Position numbers and translations under genes: made by a program | The notes under the pieces: generated by a model | What the model saw: the letters and a program-made list of their open reading frames with translations, nothing else | Database searches by the model: none | Told to the model about the DNA's origin: nothing | Source of the DNA: Octopus vulgaris | Taxonomy: Eukaryota | Reading direction: 5' to 3' | DNA: 64,000 nucleotides | NCBI GenBank assembly: GCA_951406725.2 | Contig: OX597826.1 | Location: forward strand, 45,446,001 to 45,510,000 | In this document: positions 12,313-25,456 of the stretch, in pieces | How the letters are laid out: the number at the start of each line of letters is the position of its first letter | How positions within the stretch are numbered: position 1 is the first letter of the stretch

Positions 12313-12724
12313 ATTAAAGAGAGAATATATTCTGTTTTAGAGTGTAAAGAGGGAATAAAGGCGAGCTTGACCATAACTTTCTATAAAGATAAAGAATTAG
12401 AAAAAATAAATAATAATTTGTTATTTTGAGTATCATAATATTACAATCTTCACAACCAGATGCACAAATTGAACTCGGCTCGTCAGTAGCTAATGACACA
12501 ATAGTGTGTGGAAAAATCAACCACAGAGCCTCCATCAGGTGGTGCAAGTATGAGAATTAAAACAACGAAGATGCAGTTTATAAAATGAAATACCTGGATA
12601 TATTCCAACCAGTCGCTAGGAAAGAATTTCGGGGAAAAAAACTAAGATATAAACAGTTCATTGAATACGAGAGCAGTAAGATACGAAACTTTTCACAGTT
12701 GAAGAAACGGCCATATCTTATATT

Positions 12725-13095
12725 GTTTACTTGTTTCAGTAACTGGACTGCGGCCATACTGGAGCAATGCATTGAACTATTTAGTTGAACAAATATACCT
12801 CAACTGTAATATTTTTAAAGTCTTGCCTCTTTTGCCGAAAAACTAATTTAAGGGAACGTTCAAAAATAAGTGTGAAGCGGTGGGGTTGGCGGAACAAAAA
12901 CGATCACAAATACACAGATGTTTATATTTAAGACTAGGTTTCACACAGTTTCCGTTTACCACATTAACTCACAAGGCATTGGTATACCCAGATCTATAGC
13001 AGAAGACATTTTGCCCAAGGTACCTCGCTTCGGTAACTGAACATGAAACGACATGGTTTGAAAATTGAGTTTCTTAACGACAAACCATGCCTGCA
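12725..13095 (-). mobile_element. Group B SINE (decayed)
   Basis: Tail ttacttgtttcagt..ctgcggccat and head ttgcccaagg..ctgaac..acatgg. Confidence 0.7.
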
Positions 13096-13405
13096 CTAAT
13101 ATACACACTCATGTCTACGCTCAGAAAAGGAACAAAATATCGAAAAGAATTTGTTGTAAACCACTTCCGAAGTAACGTTTGTAGTGACATCATCATTCAG
13201 AACTTCCTGTAACAAATAGCATTTACATCTCTCCATTTTCTTGCGTGTTTTATTGGAGCCAATCGATAGCCGATAGTTTGGCAACTACTTTAGCTTCATA
13301 AAAGATAGGTCAAGCTGTTTCCTCTGTCGCAGCCTTTTTCATTCGTCAGGTGTCAATGATGAGAAAGGTGTTTTATCTCTGTCTTCATATCTTTCAAAGA
13401 AGTAG

Positions 13406-13456
<51 letters not shown>

Positions 13457-15659
13457 AATATACATACATACATACATACATACATACATACATACATACA
13501 TACATACATACATACATACATAGTCTGTTGAGAGGCATACAAAGAGAGAAAGCCAGAGAGAGGGAGAGCTAGAGAGAGAGTGAGAGAAACCAAGCTAAAG
13601 GCTTTTGATTGATGTAGACACTTTGCGACAAAATTGGTTTGCAGCAGATGTTTTGTTTTCGCTGAATAATTTTCAAAACAGGCTTCAGCTTGACAGAATT
13701 AAAATTGAGGTCATGACACCAGAAATTTGTGTCTTTATTAATAAGCTTAAGCGCATTTTAAAGAATCCACAAATGGTAGGTCGACAAGAAGCATTGCCTT
13801 CTGAACTTGATGAAATAGAGAAAGCTCTGAAAATGTGTCGATGAGAATGAAAGACAAAGGAGGAATGCCAGAAGAAATCAGTTTCTTCCTGGTCGTAGAA
13901 GTTCCAATACTTCTGTAATGAATTTGTGTCCTTGAAAACTTCATGTTCAATAGGTTTGAATTTGTTATATCTGACAAACAGTATGACTGTCGCCTACGAG
14001 CTGATGACAATTAATGAGGACGTTTGTAAAATACATGAAGATGGTGCTAGCATAAATTGATAGGAATGGCAGATCAATATGAAAAGAAAAAAAACCAAAA
14101 ACATATCAAAAATATCAGAGTAATGAGAAGTTATGCAATATATTCTACAAATTATATGGAGAGACGATCGATTTCTGGATGATAAAAGAACTTGAAAAGA
14201 ATTCTTGTATGAATCTTAACAATCTCCCCAGAATTGGTAACATTGTCAATTCCAAGGACTTCCCAGTTGATGTAGCTTTTATCGTGTGACCTAATTCCTT
14301 AATAGTTATTTGGGTCCATCTTTGCCATGATATTCCAAATTTGCTTTCCTTTTCATCATTTTCATTATTTGTGACTTTCATTTTCCATTTAATATTCTTG
14401 TTTCATCTTTATCTGAGCGCACCTGAACATACCTCAACCCACCCGATTCAACCTCACATCACTTGACTCTGCATCACTCCACATGTCCCAGCTCTGTACA
14501 CACGAGCTTCTTCTGACGTTGTGATGCCAACCATTATTAAGTTCACGTTTTCTTTTCTTTCTCTTCCTGTAAAAGGTTTTTGGTATGTTTGATAGCAAAC
14601 TGTACCCGTTCCTGATACGATTCTCTCAAACCTTTTCTTTTATTTTCAAGATGACTTCCTTTTTGCATCTTTTATTTTCTGATTATTAGGGATTATTTCT
14701 CTTCATATTGAACCAAATTTTATCATTTACTTTTTACACTCCAATCTTATGTCGTATATTTCCTTTGCACTGTAAATATACGACTACACATGTTTTGTTT
14801 AAAATGGTAATCTAGCTATTTGCTGCATTATCTATTTATGATTTCACAATAATGCTTATATATGACATGATATGTTTCATATACCTAACTAGTTACAGTT
14901 TGTTGGGGTTTTTTTTTTTTCATGTAGTGAACTTTGGCTAATCTTATTATCATATCTATTTATTTATTCAAAAGGCATTTTTTTATTAATCTTACAACAC
15001 ACGATAACAGAGAAAGCTGGAGTTTACAAAAAACATATTCTATTTATTAGTATTTCGACCTTTGATTTTTTCTTAACTTTTTCGATGATATGCTCCTGCC
15101 GGGCTAGAGAGAACATTCTATTTTCTCACTAATTTATCAATTTTTGCTTTTATTGATTTGGCACTGTGTACAACTATCTTTTGGAATTATTATATTCTTT
15201 GAGTTACTGTTTCAAGTGCAAGTTTACATCACTTCTATTTTTTATCACCTCTATTATTTTCAATCCAGCTCTCCCTTTATCCCCCCCTCTCTCTCTCTCT
15301 CTCTGTATATATGTATGTATCGCTCGGATATCTACTACTTCCGAAGTTCTGCTCGCTATGAAACATACGTAGCCTGGATATTATCTACTCCATTGCTTAA
15401 CTCTTGTATTTTATTCACATACTTCACAACTCTGGTTACATACCGTGAAATATAAACTAATTTTTTGTCCGTTTATACTTCGATACGGAAAGAATCCACA
15501 ATCTTCCGACTCAATAAACCACAACTGTTCTTGAAAGTTGTTTTTATATTTTCTACGGTTTGCTTGAAGCTCACCTTCTTCCAACACCTCGATTCTTGGA
15601 TCTAACCTATGTATGTATGTATGTATGTATGTATGTATGTATGTATGTATGTATGTATG

Positions 15660-15711
<52 letters not shown>

Positions 15712-15715
<4 letters not shown>

Positions 15716-16378
15716 AAAAATGGTAAATAATTTTCCTGTGGTTTTTCATGTAACCAACAATTATTTACCGGTAAATTTCGGTATGTAAATACGACAAATT
15801 AATTGTCAGGACCTTTGTAAGGTTCAGTATATAGTAAAGGAAATAAGTTGGCTAGCAGCAAGCTGTTTCGCCTCATACCGAAGGAATTAGAAATGGCAGT
15901 CAAAGACCGTTTTTTCCATTTCTATAAGTGGAGATTCCAAAAACGAAGGCCCTTGCGGCTCACATACACAAAATCGGAGTGGAAAATATACGAATTCAGT
16001 CACTTACCGTTAATAGCGAACACCGTGTTTCTGGATCACAAACATATAAAAAAGGGAGTTTGAATTCCGTCATCAGCGCTATATTCGATAGCTTTATCAA
16101 ATGCCACCAGCCCTCACTTCTGACCCAGCGACATCAGATAGTGGGGGGAAGTGCGCAGATGTTAAAGCCAAGTAACGACTGGGAACGTAAATTTTCCCTC
16201 CAAAATCCTGCCATGCGCGCCTTCTGGGTAATCGTAATGAAATGAGGAATCCACATGGTAATGCAATAAAAATGGTAAATAATTTTCCTGTGGTTTTTCA
16301 TGTAACCAACAATTATTTACCGGTAAATTTCGGTATGTAAATACGACAAATTAATTGTCAGGACCTTTGTAAGGTTCA
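15712..16378. mobile_element. Unclassified 667-bp unit with identical 115-bp terminal direct repeats, inside (TA)n
   Basis: 15712-15826 is identical to 16264-16378; (TA)n lies on both sides; the interior is 437 bp of unique sequence. Confidence 0.6.
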
Positions 16379-16394
16379 TATATATATATATTCT

Positions 16395-16805
16395 CTTTTT
16401 CTTTTATTAGTTTCAGACATTTGACTGCGGCCATGCTGGGGCACCACCTTAAAGGGCTTTAGTCGAACAAATCGAACCCAGGACTTATTTTTCGTAAGTC
16501 TATCGGGCTCCTTTGCCGAGCCCCTAAATTACGAGGACATAAACATACCAGCATCGGTTGTCAAGTAATGGCAGTGGGAGGGACAAACACAGACACATAC
16601 ATAAATGCATACACACACACACTCACACATATATATATGTATTTATGACGGCTTCTTTCAGTTTCTGTCCACCAAATCCACTCACAAAGTTTCGGTCGGG
16701 CCGAGGCTATAGTAAAGGCACTTGCCCAAGTTGTCACACATATGCCTGGGAAGCACGCTTCTTACCACTCAGCCACGCTTGCACCCATATAGCCACGTCT
16801 GCGCC
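16395..16805 (-). mobile_element. Group B SINE
   Basis: Tail gactgcggccatgctggggcacc and head ccaaatccactcacaa..cacttgcccaag. Confidence 0.8.
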
Positions 16806-16839
<34 letters not shown>

Positions 16840-17132
16840 TGTGTGTGTGTGTGTGTGTAGTGAGAATTTACAAAAAAAAGACGATGACGGGTGTGTAAAC
16901 AACAAGCAGATGTATTAATTTAACGCTCGGGAAGTTGGAAAGTCTTTTATGTTTCGAGCTTACGCTCTTCGACAGAAAGGAATACAAAAATAAAAACAGG
17001 GAAATAAAATAGAAGTTTTAGTGGCTAATGATCTATCATGGCGAATCTTTGAGTTACTGTTTTAGTTGCAAGTTTATAACACCGCTATTTTCTATGAACT
17101 CTATTATTTTCAATCCAGCTGTCTCTATATAT

Positions 17133-17649
17133 AAAATGGAGAAAACTTTCGATCAACAAACCAACAAATTGAACCACCTCGGTTGATTACAAAACATGAG
17201 ATAACATTCCTTACGACCGTTTCCGCTTCCAATGTTGGTCGGTGCTAACGAAAAAATTCCAAAAATAATATTCATCTTCATAGCAAATTCGATTTAATAC
17301 ATGGAGCTTCAACCGAGTGAATACAAATGCGTAAAATAAAATAAACGAAAGGAAGACGGAAGAAGAAAGAACAGGGCTCCGAGAAGAGGCCAGAAGGCTC
17401 AATATATTAAAATCATACCATCTTGCAGCGTGGAGCTTAAAGTCGATAGGCAATGACAGAGCTCCATGTATTAGATCGAATGCGCTACGAAGATGACGAA
17501 TATTATTTTCGGAATTTCTTTCAGATACACCGGTTAACATTGGAAGCGGAAACGGCTGTAAGAAATGTTATGCCATGTTTCCATTTAATAAATGATCCAA
17601 CGATGTGGTTCAGTTTGTTGGTTTGTTGATCAAAAGTTTTCTCCATTTT
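17133..17649. mobile_element. Fold-back element with ~175-190-bp inverted arms
   Basis: 17133-17308 is the imperfect reverse complement of 17460-17649, with a ~150-bp spacer. Confidence 0.8.
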
Positions 17650-18229
17650 CTGCTTATTTAAATTTGATTCCTAATAAAGTTTTGTTTATTCAGTTATTAC
17701 CTGTGCCCTATGAGTATAGTGTGCCTGCATACCCATGCCTAGGGAAAGCACAGGTAATAAATACGGATACTATTATCCCGTAGACAGTTACTACAGCCGC
17801 TAACTCCGCTTACCTTTATATATGTATGTGTGTGTGTGTGTGAGTGTGTGTGTGTGTGTGTGTATGTGTGTGTGTGTGTGTATTTCTAGCTCAATAGTCG
17901 TCATTAGCACGGTCACTGTTCGACCTTATCTCCAGTAGCGAGGGGAATTTGACTCACCAAAAATGTAGAACATGTTTATGGTCATATATATATATATATA
18001 TATATATAAAATCCTTAAATCCTTAAAAATGATTCAGCTCGAAAGCTGTGGCCATACTGGGGCACCATTGTTGAATGTACTACACTAGTATGTGAAACCA
18101 CTTCTGATACGTAGCACTTGCTCAACAAGGGAGTTCGACACCGCTGTCCGCATCTGTGTTTCCTGCCGAGAGGTAGGTTCATCTGGAAAATATATATGAG
18201 CGTAAACATGTTTTACTTTTTAATAACAG

Positions 18230-18560
18230 TGAAGGTGCGTGGCTAAGTGGTCAGAGCATCGGTTCATAATCATGAGGTAGTGAGTTCGATTCCGGGACCG
18301 GGTTGTGTGTTGTGTTCTGGAGCAAAACACTTTATTTCACATTACTCTAGTTCACTCAGCTGTAGAATTGGGTTGCGACGTCACTGGTACCAAACTGTAT
18401 CGGCCTTTGCGCTTCCCTTGGATAACATCATTGGCGTGGAAAGGGTAGCCTGATGTGAAAGGGGAGCGCTGGTCTTCCACAAACAACCTTGTGCGAACTT
18501 GTGCCCCGGAAGGGAAATTTCTCGGTGCAGTCCCACGGTCATTCAAAACCGAAGGGTGTC
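18230..18560 (+). mobile_element. tRNA-derived SINE
   Basis: A-box tggctaagtgg and B-box gagttcgattcc; body shared with 1750-2075. Confidence 0.75.
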
Positions 18561-19044
18561 TTTTATATATCAAGCAGACGTAGCCATCTCAGAAAATGTC
18601 TTCCCTCATTGTCTCAAAATGAACTTTGTTGTTGTTGTATATTGCCAGGCGTTCCAGTTGTCACAGTATCATCATTTGTATATCAGGTACTATATTGTTC
18701 ATCATAAACCTTTTTTACACAGTATTCTGCGACTTGCAAGAGTTTCAACTGCTTTTTGATCAGATTAATTGCATATTTACTGTTTGTCATGAAAAACGCT
18801 TGCCATTAAACAACGCATGCTTTGCATCTCACTCACCTTACCTCTGTTGTACATCTATTTTTATATCTTTAGCGTGGCTGAACTAACAAGATATTTGGAT
18901 CATTAGGTCTCAAAGACATTATCGCCTTCAGAAACGGTGTTCGTTTTTCGCTTATTTAAATGGGATAACGTAAGAAAAAGGTGTTGTTTGGTTATACCTA
19001 TTCTACATATCGACATCTTAGCATCATTATTGTTAAATCTCTTA

Positions 19045-19445
19045 AGGCGGTGAGCAGGTAGAACCGTTAGCACGCTGGGCGAAATGCGTAGCCGTATTTC
19101 GTCTGCCGTTACGTTCTGAGTTTAAATTCCGTCGAGGTTGACTTTGCTTTCATCCTTTCGGGGTCGATTAAATAAGTAGCAGTTACGCACTGAGGTCGAT
19201 GTAATCGACTTAAACCCTTTGTCTGTCCTTGTTTGTCCCCTCTGTGTGTAGCCCCTTGTGGGTAGTAAAGAAATAGGTATTTCTTCTGCTGCTACGTTTT
19301 GAGTTCAAATTCCGCCGAGGGTGACTTTGCCTTTCATCCTTTCGAGGTCGATAAATTGGATACCAGTCAAATACTGGGGTCGATATGATCGACTATACCC
19401 CACCCCTTAAATTCCGGGTCTTGAGCTTATAGTAGAAAGGATTAT
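19045..19445 (+). mobile_element. Group C SINE with one internal ~180-bp duplication
   Basis: Head aaggcggtgagcaggtagaaccgttagcacg; the core occurs twice. Confidence 0.88.
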
Positions 19446-19699
19446 TAAATTTCTTACATAATTTTAGGTGGACAGACTCCTGTATTTTGTTTCTATGAAA
19501 TGCCCTTCTGTTTCAACTTTTAAGGCTGAGTTTCAAAGTTTTAATTGTTAATTCAAGTTGTTAATTAACCTGGTGTTAATTAACGTTGGCACATTCAACT
19601 ATGCTAGACCAGGGAATGCTTCTTTTTTTTCTGATTTCGTTATCTTTCGTTATATTTCCTTAATGTTACGTTTTGAGTTAACCTTGTTGTAGTTGTTAT

Positions 19700-19885
19700 T
19701 ATTATTGTTTTAACATCATGATCGTTGTTGTTATTATTGTTATTATTATTACAATAGTCATCATCGTCATCGTCGTTGTCGTCATCATCATCGTCATCAC
19801 CACCACTACCATCATGATCATCATCATCGTCATCACCATCATCACCATCATCATCACCATCATCATCGTCGTCGTCGTCATCATC

Positions 19886-19935
<50 letters not shown>

Positions 19936-19940
19936 TATTA
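19700..19940. repeat. (CAT/CGT/CAC)n low-complexity tract
   Basis: Directly visible. Confidence 0.95.
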
Positions 19941-20644
19941 ATTTTTTTTATCCAGCTTCTTTAGTATGTTTTCATCTTATTTGAAACTTAAAATAATGTG
20001 TTGCCCTTTGCATTTCTCTTAACTGTTAATCTATTTTCTGCTCTATGTTAATAATAAAGACACACTTTCACCTTCCCGTGATAATTATTAATTGCTATTA
20101 GTTCGGTAGATTGGCAGCTCATAGAAGCATCGGGTATTTCTTCCGAATCTTTAGATTCTGAGTTGAAGTCACTCCGAGATCAACCTTGTCTATCATCCTC
20201 TCTCTGGAGTAGATAAAATAAAGAATCAGTCTAGTAATAGGGCTGATAGTATCAACTACTCTTCCGCCTTTAATTTTACTGGATCTGGTACCTGAATTAA
20301 AAATTATTAATTACCTTTGTTCTTGTGGTTTTCTTTTTAGTGCCGTACTCAAATATAGTCGTTCATTTTTTTTTTCTCTCTCAATTTCTTAGTTCGGTAA
20401 TGCAATAATTTAATTGATTGCATTAAAATTGTATCTTATTAATAAGATTTCTAATCTCTCCATAATAATAGCGAATATAAATGCTGATTGGCTGGTTGGT
20501 TGGTTTGTTGGTTGATTGGTTATATACAGAGGGGAAGATTGAATAAAAGAGAGATACAGAATCTTAAAAGTAAAAACAGCTGCAAGGTGAATGTTTAGTG
20601 GCAGGCGATGAGTAAAGGAACGTTAGATATATGCATACATACAT

Positions 20645-21131
20645 GCATGCCTACATACATACATACATACATACATACATACATACATACATACATACAT
20701 ACATACATACATACATACATACATACATGATGGCTGTCACCTCGTTACGAGTATGGCCATTGCACGAAGCTTAACTTCTATTGGTGCTGTGATCGAATGT
20801 GAATTTTTAGCCCAGCTAAAGATCTACAATGTCTTGTACAGAATTGGCAGCTAAAACCATTACCGGTAATAGCCGGCTGTAGTTGTAACTGGGCTTCATG
20901 TACCTTTGCATGTCGTTTAAGTCCTCCTGCCGAATTACACTCTCTTCCACATGCCTGACAGATATGATTAGTATGGTGTATAGCACCACCACCAGTGGCC
21001 AGGTTGTCACTCATCTGTCTCGCTTTATGACTACGAAGATGACTCTTGAGTCCAGCTTTACTGAGGCAGGGTCCTGCACAGACACTGGATGTCAGCATCA
21101 CAGGAAGACCCTTCCCATCTGGAAGTGTAAC
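20645..21131 (-). mobile_element. 5'-truncated LINE (RTE-like) 3' end encoding C2H2 zinc fingers
   Basis: Open frame ~21130-20778 with SxxC..GLKSHLRSH, CQACGRECNSAGGLKRHAKVH and CQFCTRHCRSLAGLKIHIRSQH. A ~50-bp 3' UTR and (TGTA)n tail follow. An 18-bp flanking repeat atatatgcatacatacat lies at 20627-20644 and 21132-21149. Confidence 0.7.
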
Positions 21132-21305
21132 ATATATGCATACATACATACATACATAATACAGTGATAAAAAAACTAACATAGAGATGGAGTAGATGAC
21201 GGAGTTGTTATGGCGAATAAGTACGAACGCGTATCCATGAAACAAATGATATGAGTTGATGTGTGTCTCTGACAAACAAATAATTTTTAAAAATCTAAAT
21301 ATTAC

Positions 21306-21388
<83 letters not shown>

Positions 21389-21588
21389 TATAGTGTATAT
21401 AACTTGATATACGCATTGTTAGGGAAAACACGTTTTTACCTTATTTCATAGTTTATATTGAAAATCGAAATTGAAAATTTTAGAAGGAAACAAAAGTGTT
21501 TTCTGCGTTGATTTTATATTATGGCATTATGGAAATTCATGCACACACAAATACGCATCCTCCCTCTTTCTGTCTCTCTCGCCCTCTA

Positions 21589-21651
<63 letters not shown>

Positions 21652-22009
21652 CCAGACATACACACACAATCACAAGGCATTAATGGTTGTTTTAGAAAGC
21701 ATACAGTGATCTTCGGCTTTAAGAACTGTTGCGCTTAAAGAGAAACAAAATGAACTTTATCTCCTGAGTAAGCAAAACGAATACATAAGTGTTTAAATGA
21801 AGAAATGAGAAATTTGTTTTATCTAATTTCATTTTAATGTAACAAATAGTTTTCTTTTGAAATTAGTATTCATTTCCTCATTTTGTATAAACAGAAATTA
21901 ATTTGATACAATTAAATTATAATTATTGTATGTTTGCTATATTTCCTCCCATTACTTGTGATGATAAAAGTATGCTAGTTGCGCGAATCTAGCTGTATTA
22001 ATAATCCTG

Positions 22010-22510
22010 TCCCATTTTAGCACAAGTCCAACCATGTGGAAGGAAGAGGAAAGTCGATTATAACGACCCCAATGCTCAGCTGGCACTTATTTTATCGACC
22101 CCGAAATGGTGAAAAGCTAAAGTCGACCTCGTTGGTATTTGAACTTTAGGTGTTTTCGCTCAATAAACACACACAACGCCCGGTCTGGGAACCGAAACCG
22201 CGATCCTACGACCGCGAGTCCGCTACCCAAACCACTGGGCCATTGCGCCTCCACAAATAAATGCGCTCTTTTAAAGCCTAGCCAGGCTCATGGGCCCGCT
22301 TTCCCGGTTTCAATGGCGTATGTGTTCCCCAGCTGGACGGGACGCCAGTCCATCGCAGCGTTACTCATTTTTGCCAGCTGAGTGGACTGGAGCAATGTGG
22401 AATGAAGTGTTTTGCTCAAGAACACAACTCGTCACCCGGTCCAGAAATCGAAACCACAATCTTACGATCATGATGCTGACACCCTAACCACTAAGCCACG
22501 CGCCTCCACA
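22010..22510 (-). mobile_element. Composite of SINE pieces (group C core, group A head, related tRNA-SINE)
   Basis: Group C core at ~22030-22148, group A head at ~22150-22253, and a second tRNA-type head ending ~22510. Confidence 0.8.
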
Positions 22511-22599
22511 CCTTGGAACGTTTAGTCGTATTAATAATATTTGATACATAGTTTTCAGGATTTTGCTAACTCATCGTTAAGTATAATACTCGGTAATAT

Positions 22600-23702
22600 T
22601 CTACAGCTAATTTTCTTTTTGTTCTAGAATGTTGTATCTTCTCTTGTTTCTGAATAATTCTAAGCTTTCCTTTATCTTACTTCTTGAATTCAAGTATCTT
22701 TATTTAGCCATACAATATTTGCTTTTATTACCTGTATGCGTATATCTCTTTCAAATGCAGCCGTTACCTATTTTTTCATACCGGCATTCCTTCTAAAATT
22801 TCTCACTCTTCGTTATAGGTTATCTAACCGGTGAAAATCGGTGAGATAATGTTCTTAATCATTCATGTATAAAGATGGTTTATATACGCCCAATTTCAGT
22901 TGTATCAATACCCAGTTTTCTGCAGCATCGGATCCAGATGTGTTAAAACAAAACAGAAGAGTAACGGCGAAAGGAAATTTTCTTGTACATTTTCTCTGCT
23001 AATGTGGATATCATCGGCTTTTATCCAACCATCGTTTTGGTGGATAAACGGTTGTTTTCCATTTTATCATAACATATTGGACATAATCAATTATTTCTGG
23101 TACTATCTTACTCATATTTAGCCATCCAAATAACCATCCACATGGGACGCTATCAAACGTTTGGTTGCTAATCTATTTATACACACCATACTTAATGTGC
23201 TCTCCATTCCAGCTATCTTCACTTATGGCTTTATTTATCAATAATAGATTTTTTTTCCTCGGCGATAAATGCCTCTTTTGGCATCATTTCTGTTCGTTTG
23301 GTAAGATAAACGCTTCGCAGTGTGTATCTAATCTGAGCATGAGTATTGATGTGAGAGATTGATAGGTGTGGTATGTGGATAAAGACAGGTAATCGATCTG
23401 TAATTCTGAAGGTTTCTTGCATTATCAGATTTACATATTAACGTTGTTATTCCCTTGATGAGCCAACCGAGTGTTGTTTTCCTGCTTCTCTAATAATAGA
23501 TATTGAAATATCTTTTGCATTTATTATATGTGCATTAAATACATGTTTGAAGCAGGAGTTGGCTAATTTATCAATAGCAGAATCTTCCCAATTGATAGCT
23601 TTTGATTGAAGTGCTCTGTGACTTTCTTCTGTTGCTAAGTCTACCCACCTTGCATTGTGGAACACTTTTCTGTTCACTATTTACTGTTTTATCAATAGAA
23701 AC

Positions 23703-23792
<90 letters not shown>

Positions 23793-24150
23793 CATTATTA
23801 TTATTATTATCATTATTATTATTATTTTGATTTTATCAGCTCCATATTGTTTACCAAATCTCTTTTATCACTTTCCCAGTTGAGTTGCATGTTATTTCAA
23901 GTTTCTTTTTTGTTGAATTCTTGATACAATTTGTTAGAGGAAGAAGAAAATTGATTGTTTTGCGTATAGAAGAAATGGTAATTTTGAAGTCTTCTCATCC
24001 TTTGTATTTTTCTTTTTTTAAAGGTTTTCTTATCAAAACCTCTTTGCAAAGTTTATGTTGATGTTATAATGTAAATTTTTCTCGATATCTGTTGTTGTTT
24101 TTTAATCTTGCTTTCATCTGATTTCTCCTTATTTCTCAAAACAATATAAA
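22600..24150 (-). pseudogene. Highly decayed non-LTR reverse transcriptase, R4/Dong-like, interrupted by (ATT)n
   Basis: Minus-strand motifs in the expected order: YRSITCL (~23383-23403), FDSVPCGWL (~23130-23156), NHL-YMND (YMDD-like, ~22858-22881). Many frameshifts. Confidence 0.6.
23704..23826. repeat. (ATT)n microsatellite
   Basis: Directly visible. Confidence 0.97.
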
Positions 24151-24328
24151 AAAAAAAAAGGAATCAGAAGGCATTTACTCGCTCTATCTTTGATTTGATT
24201 TCGTCTTTCCATTTTGGGCCCATTGGGATTCCATACTTTTGCAGTGTTGCTTGCTAAATTACAGATATATATATATATATATGTGGGTTTGTTTGTATAT
24301 ATGTACGTGCGTGTATGTGTGCGTGTGT

Positions 24329-24386
<58 letters not shown>

Positions 24387-24841
24387 GTGTGTGTGTGTGT
24401 ATAAATGTATGTATTTATGGTTGTATATATGTATCTATCTATCTATCTATATATCTATATATATATATATACATGTGTATATATATGTATATCTCACTCT
24501 ATCTACTCCTCTCTTTCTTTCACTTTCTCTCTCTTTCTCTCCCTGTATAAATATATACTCTGTGTGTAAATAATAATGGCAGTCGTGTAATGAACCTGGT
24601 TCACTCTGTCTGTGTCCATTAGCTGTACATGTTTTAGGACTTACAAGATTACTTAGCTGTGTATTGATATATCTTAAACTTATTCTCCATTCAATTTCAG
24701 CTCTAAACGTATAATTCTCTTTTATCAAGGGGAGATAATTTTGATTGTCAGTATTTTTAATATTTTTTCCTTGTGGTGGGTAATAATTTCAGAAATATTA
24801 TTAGATTTGGTATAAAATTGGCATATGTAATAATTGTGTGT

Positions 24842-24911
<70 letters not shown>

Positions 24912-25034
24912 GAATATAAACAAGAGGGGTAGTAATATTATTTACTACCAGGTGCCCAGCACAAAAGACGAATTAGTCATAAGACAAAAATATTATTCAT
25001 ATAGAAAAATATTATTCATGTAGTTGAGCCCTTA

Positions 25035-25115
<81 letters not shown>

Positions 25116-25125
25116 GCACATATAT

Positions 25126-25456
25126 GTGGAGGCACAATGGCCCAGTGGTTAGGGCAGTGGACTCGCTGTTTCGATTCCTAGACCCAGCGTTGTGAGTATT
25201 TAATGAGCAAAAACCCTGCTGTACTTTTTCACCACAACTTTCTCTCACTCTTTCTTTCTGTTTCTGTTGTACCTGTATTTCAAAGGGCCAGCATTGTCAC
25301 ACTCAATGTCTCGCTGAAACTCCCCGAGAACGACGTTAAGGGTGGTACACGTGTCTGTGGAGTGCTCAGTCACTTGCATATTAATTTCCCGAGCAGGCTC
25401 CTCCGTTGATCGGATCAACTAGAACTCCCGTCGTCGTAGCCGACTGAGTGCCACTA
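25126..25456 (+). mobile_element. Group A SINE with internal deletions
   Basis: Colinear with 10663-11045. Confidence 0.85.

Noticed and set aside
13600-14530. Possible RTE/CR1 LINE remnants (LDEIEKALK..), also at ~40230-40760 and ~41700-42050
   Set aside because: Motifs are too decayed to support by eye; a TBLASTX or HMM search is needed.
20778-21431. 217-aa host zinc-finger gene as given in the ORF track
   Set aside because: The N-terminal half runs through microsatellites. The fingers lack TGEKP linkers and are followed by a repeat tail with TSD, which fits a LINE 3' end better.
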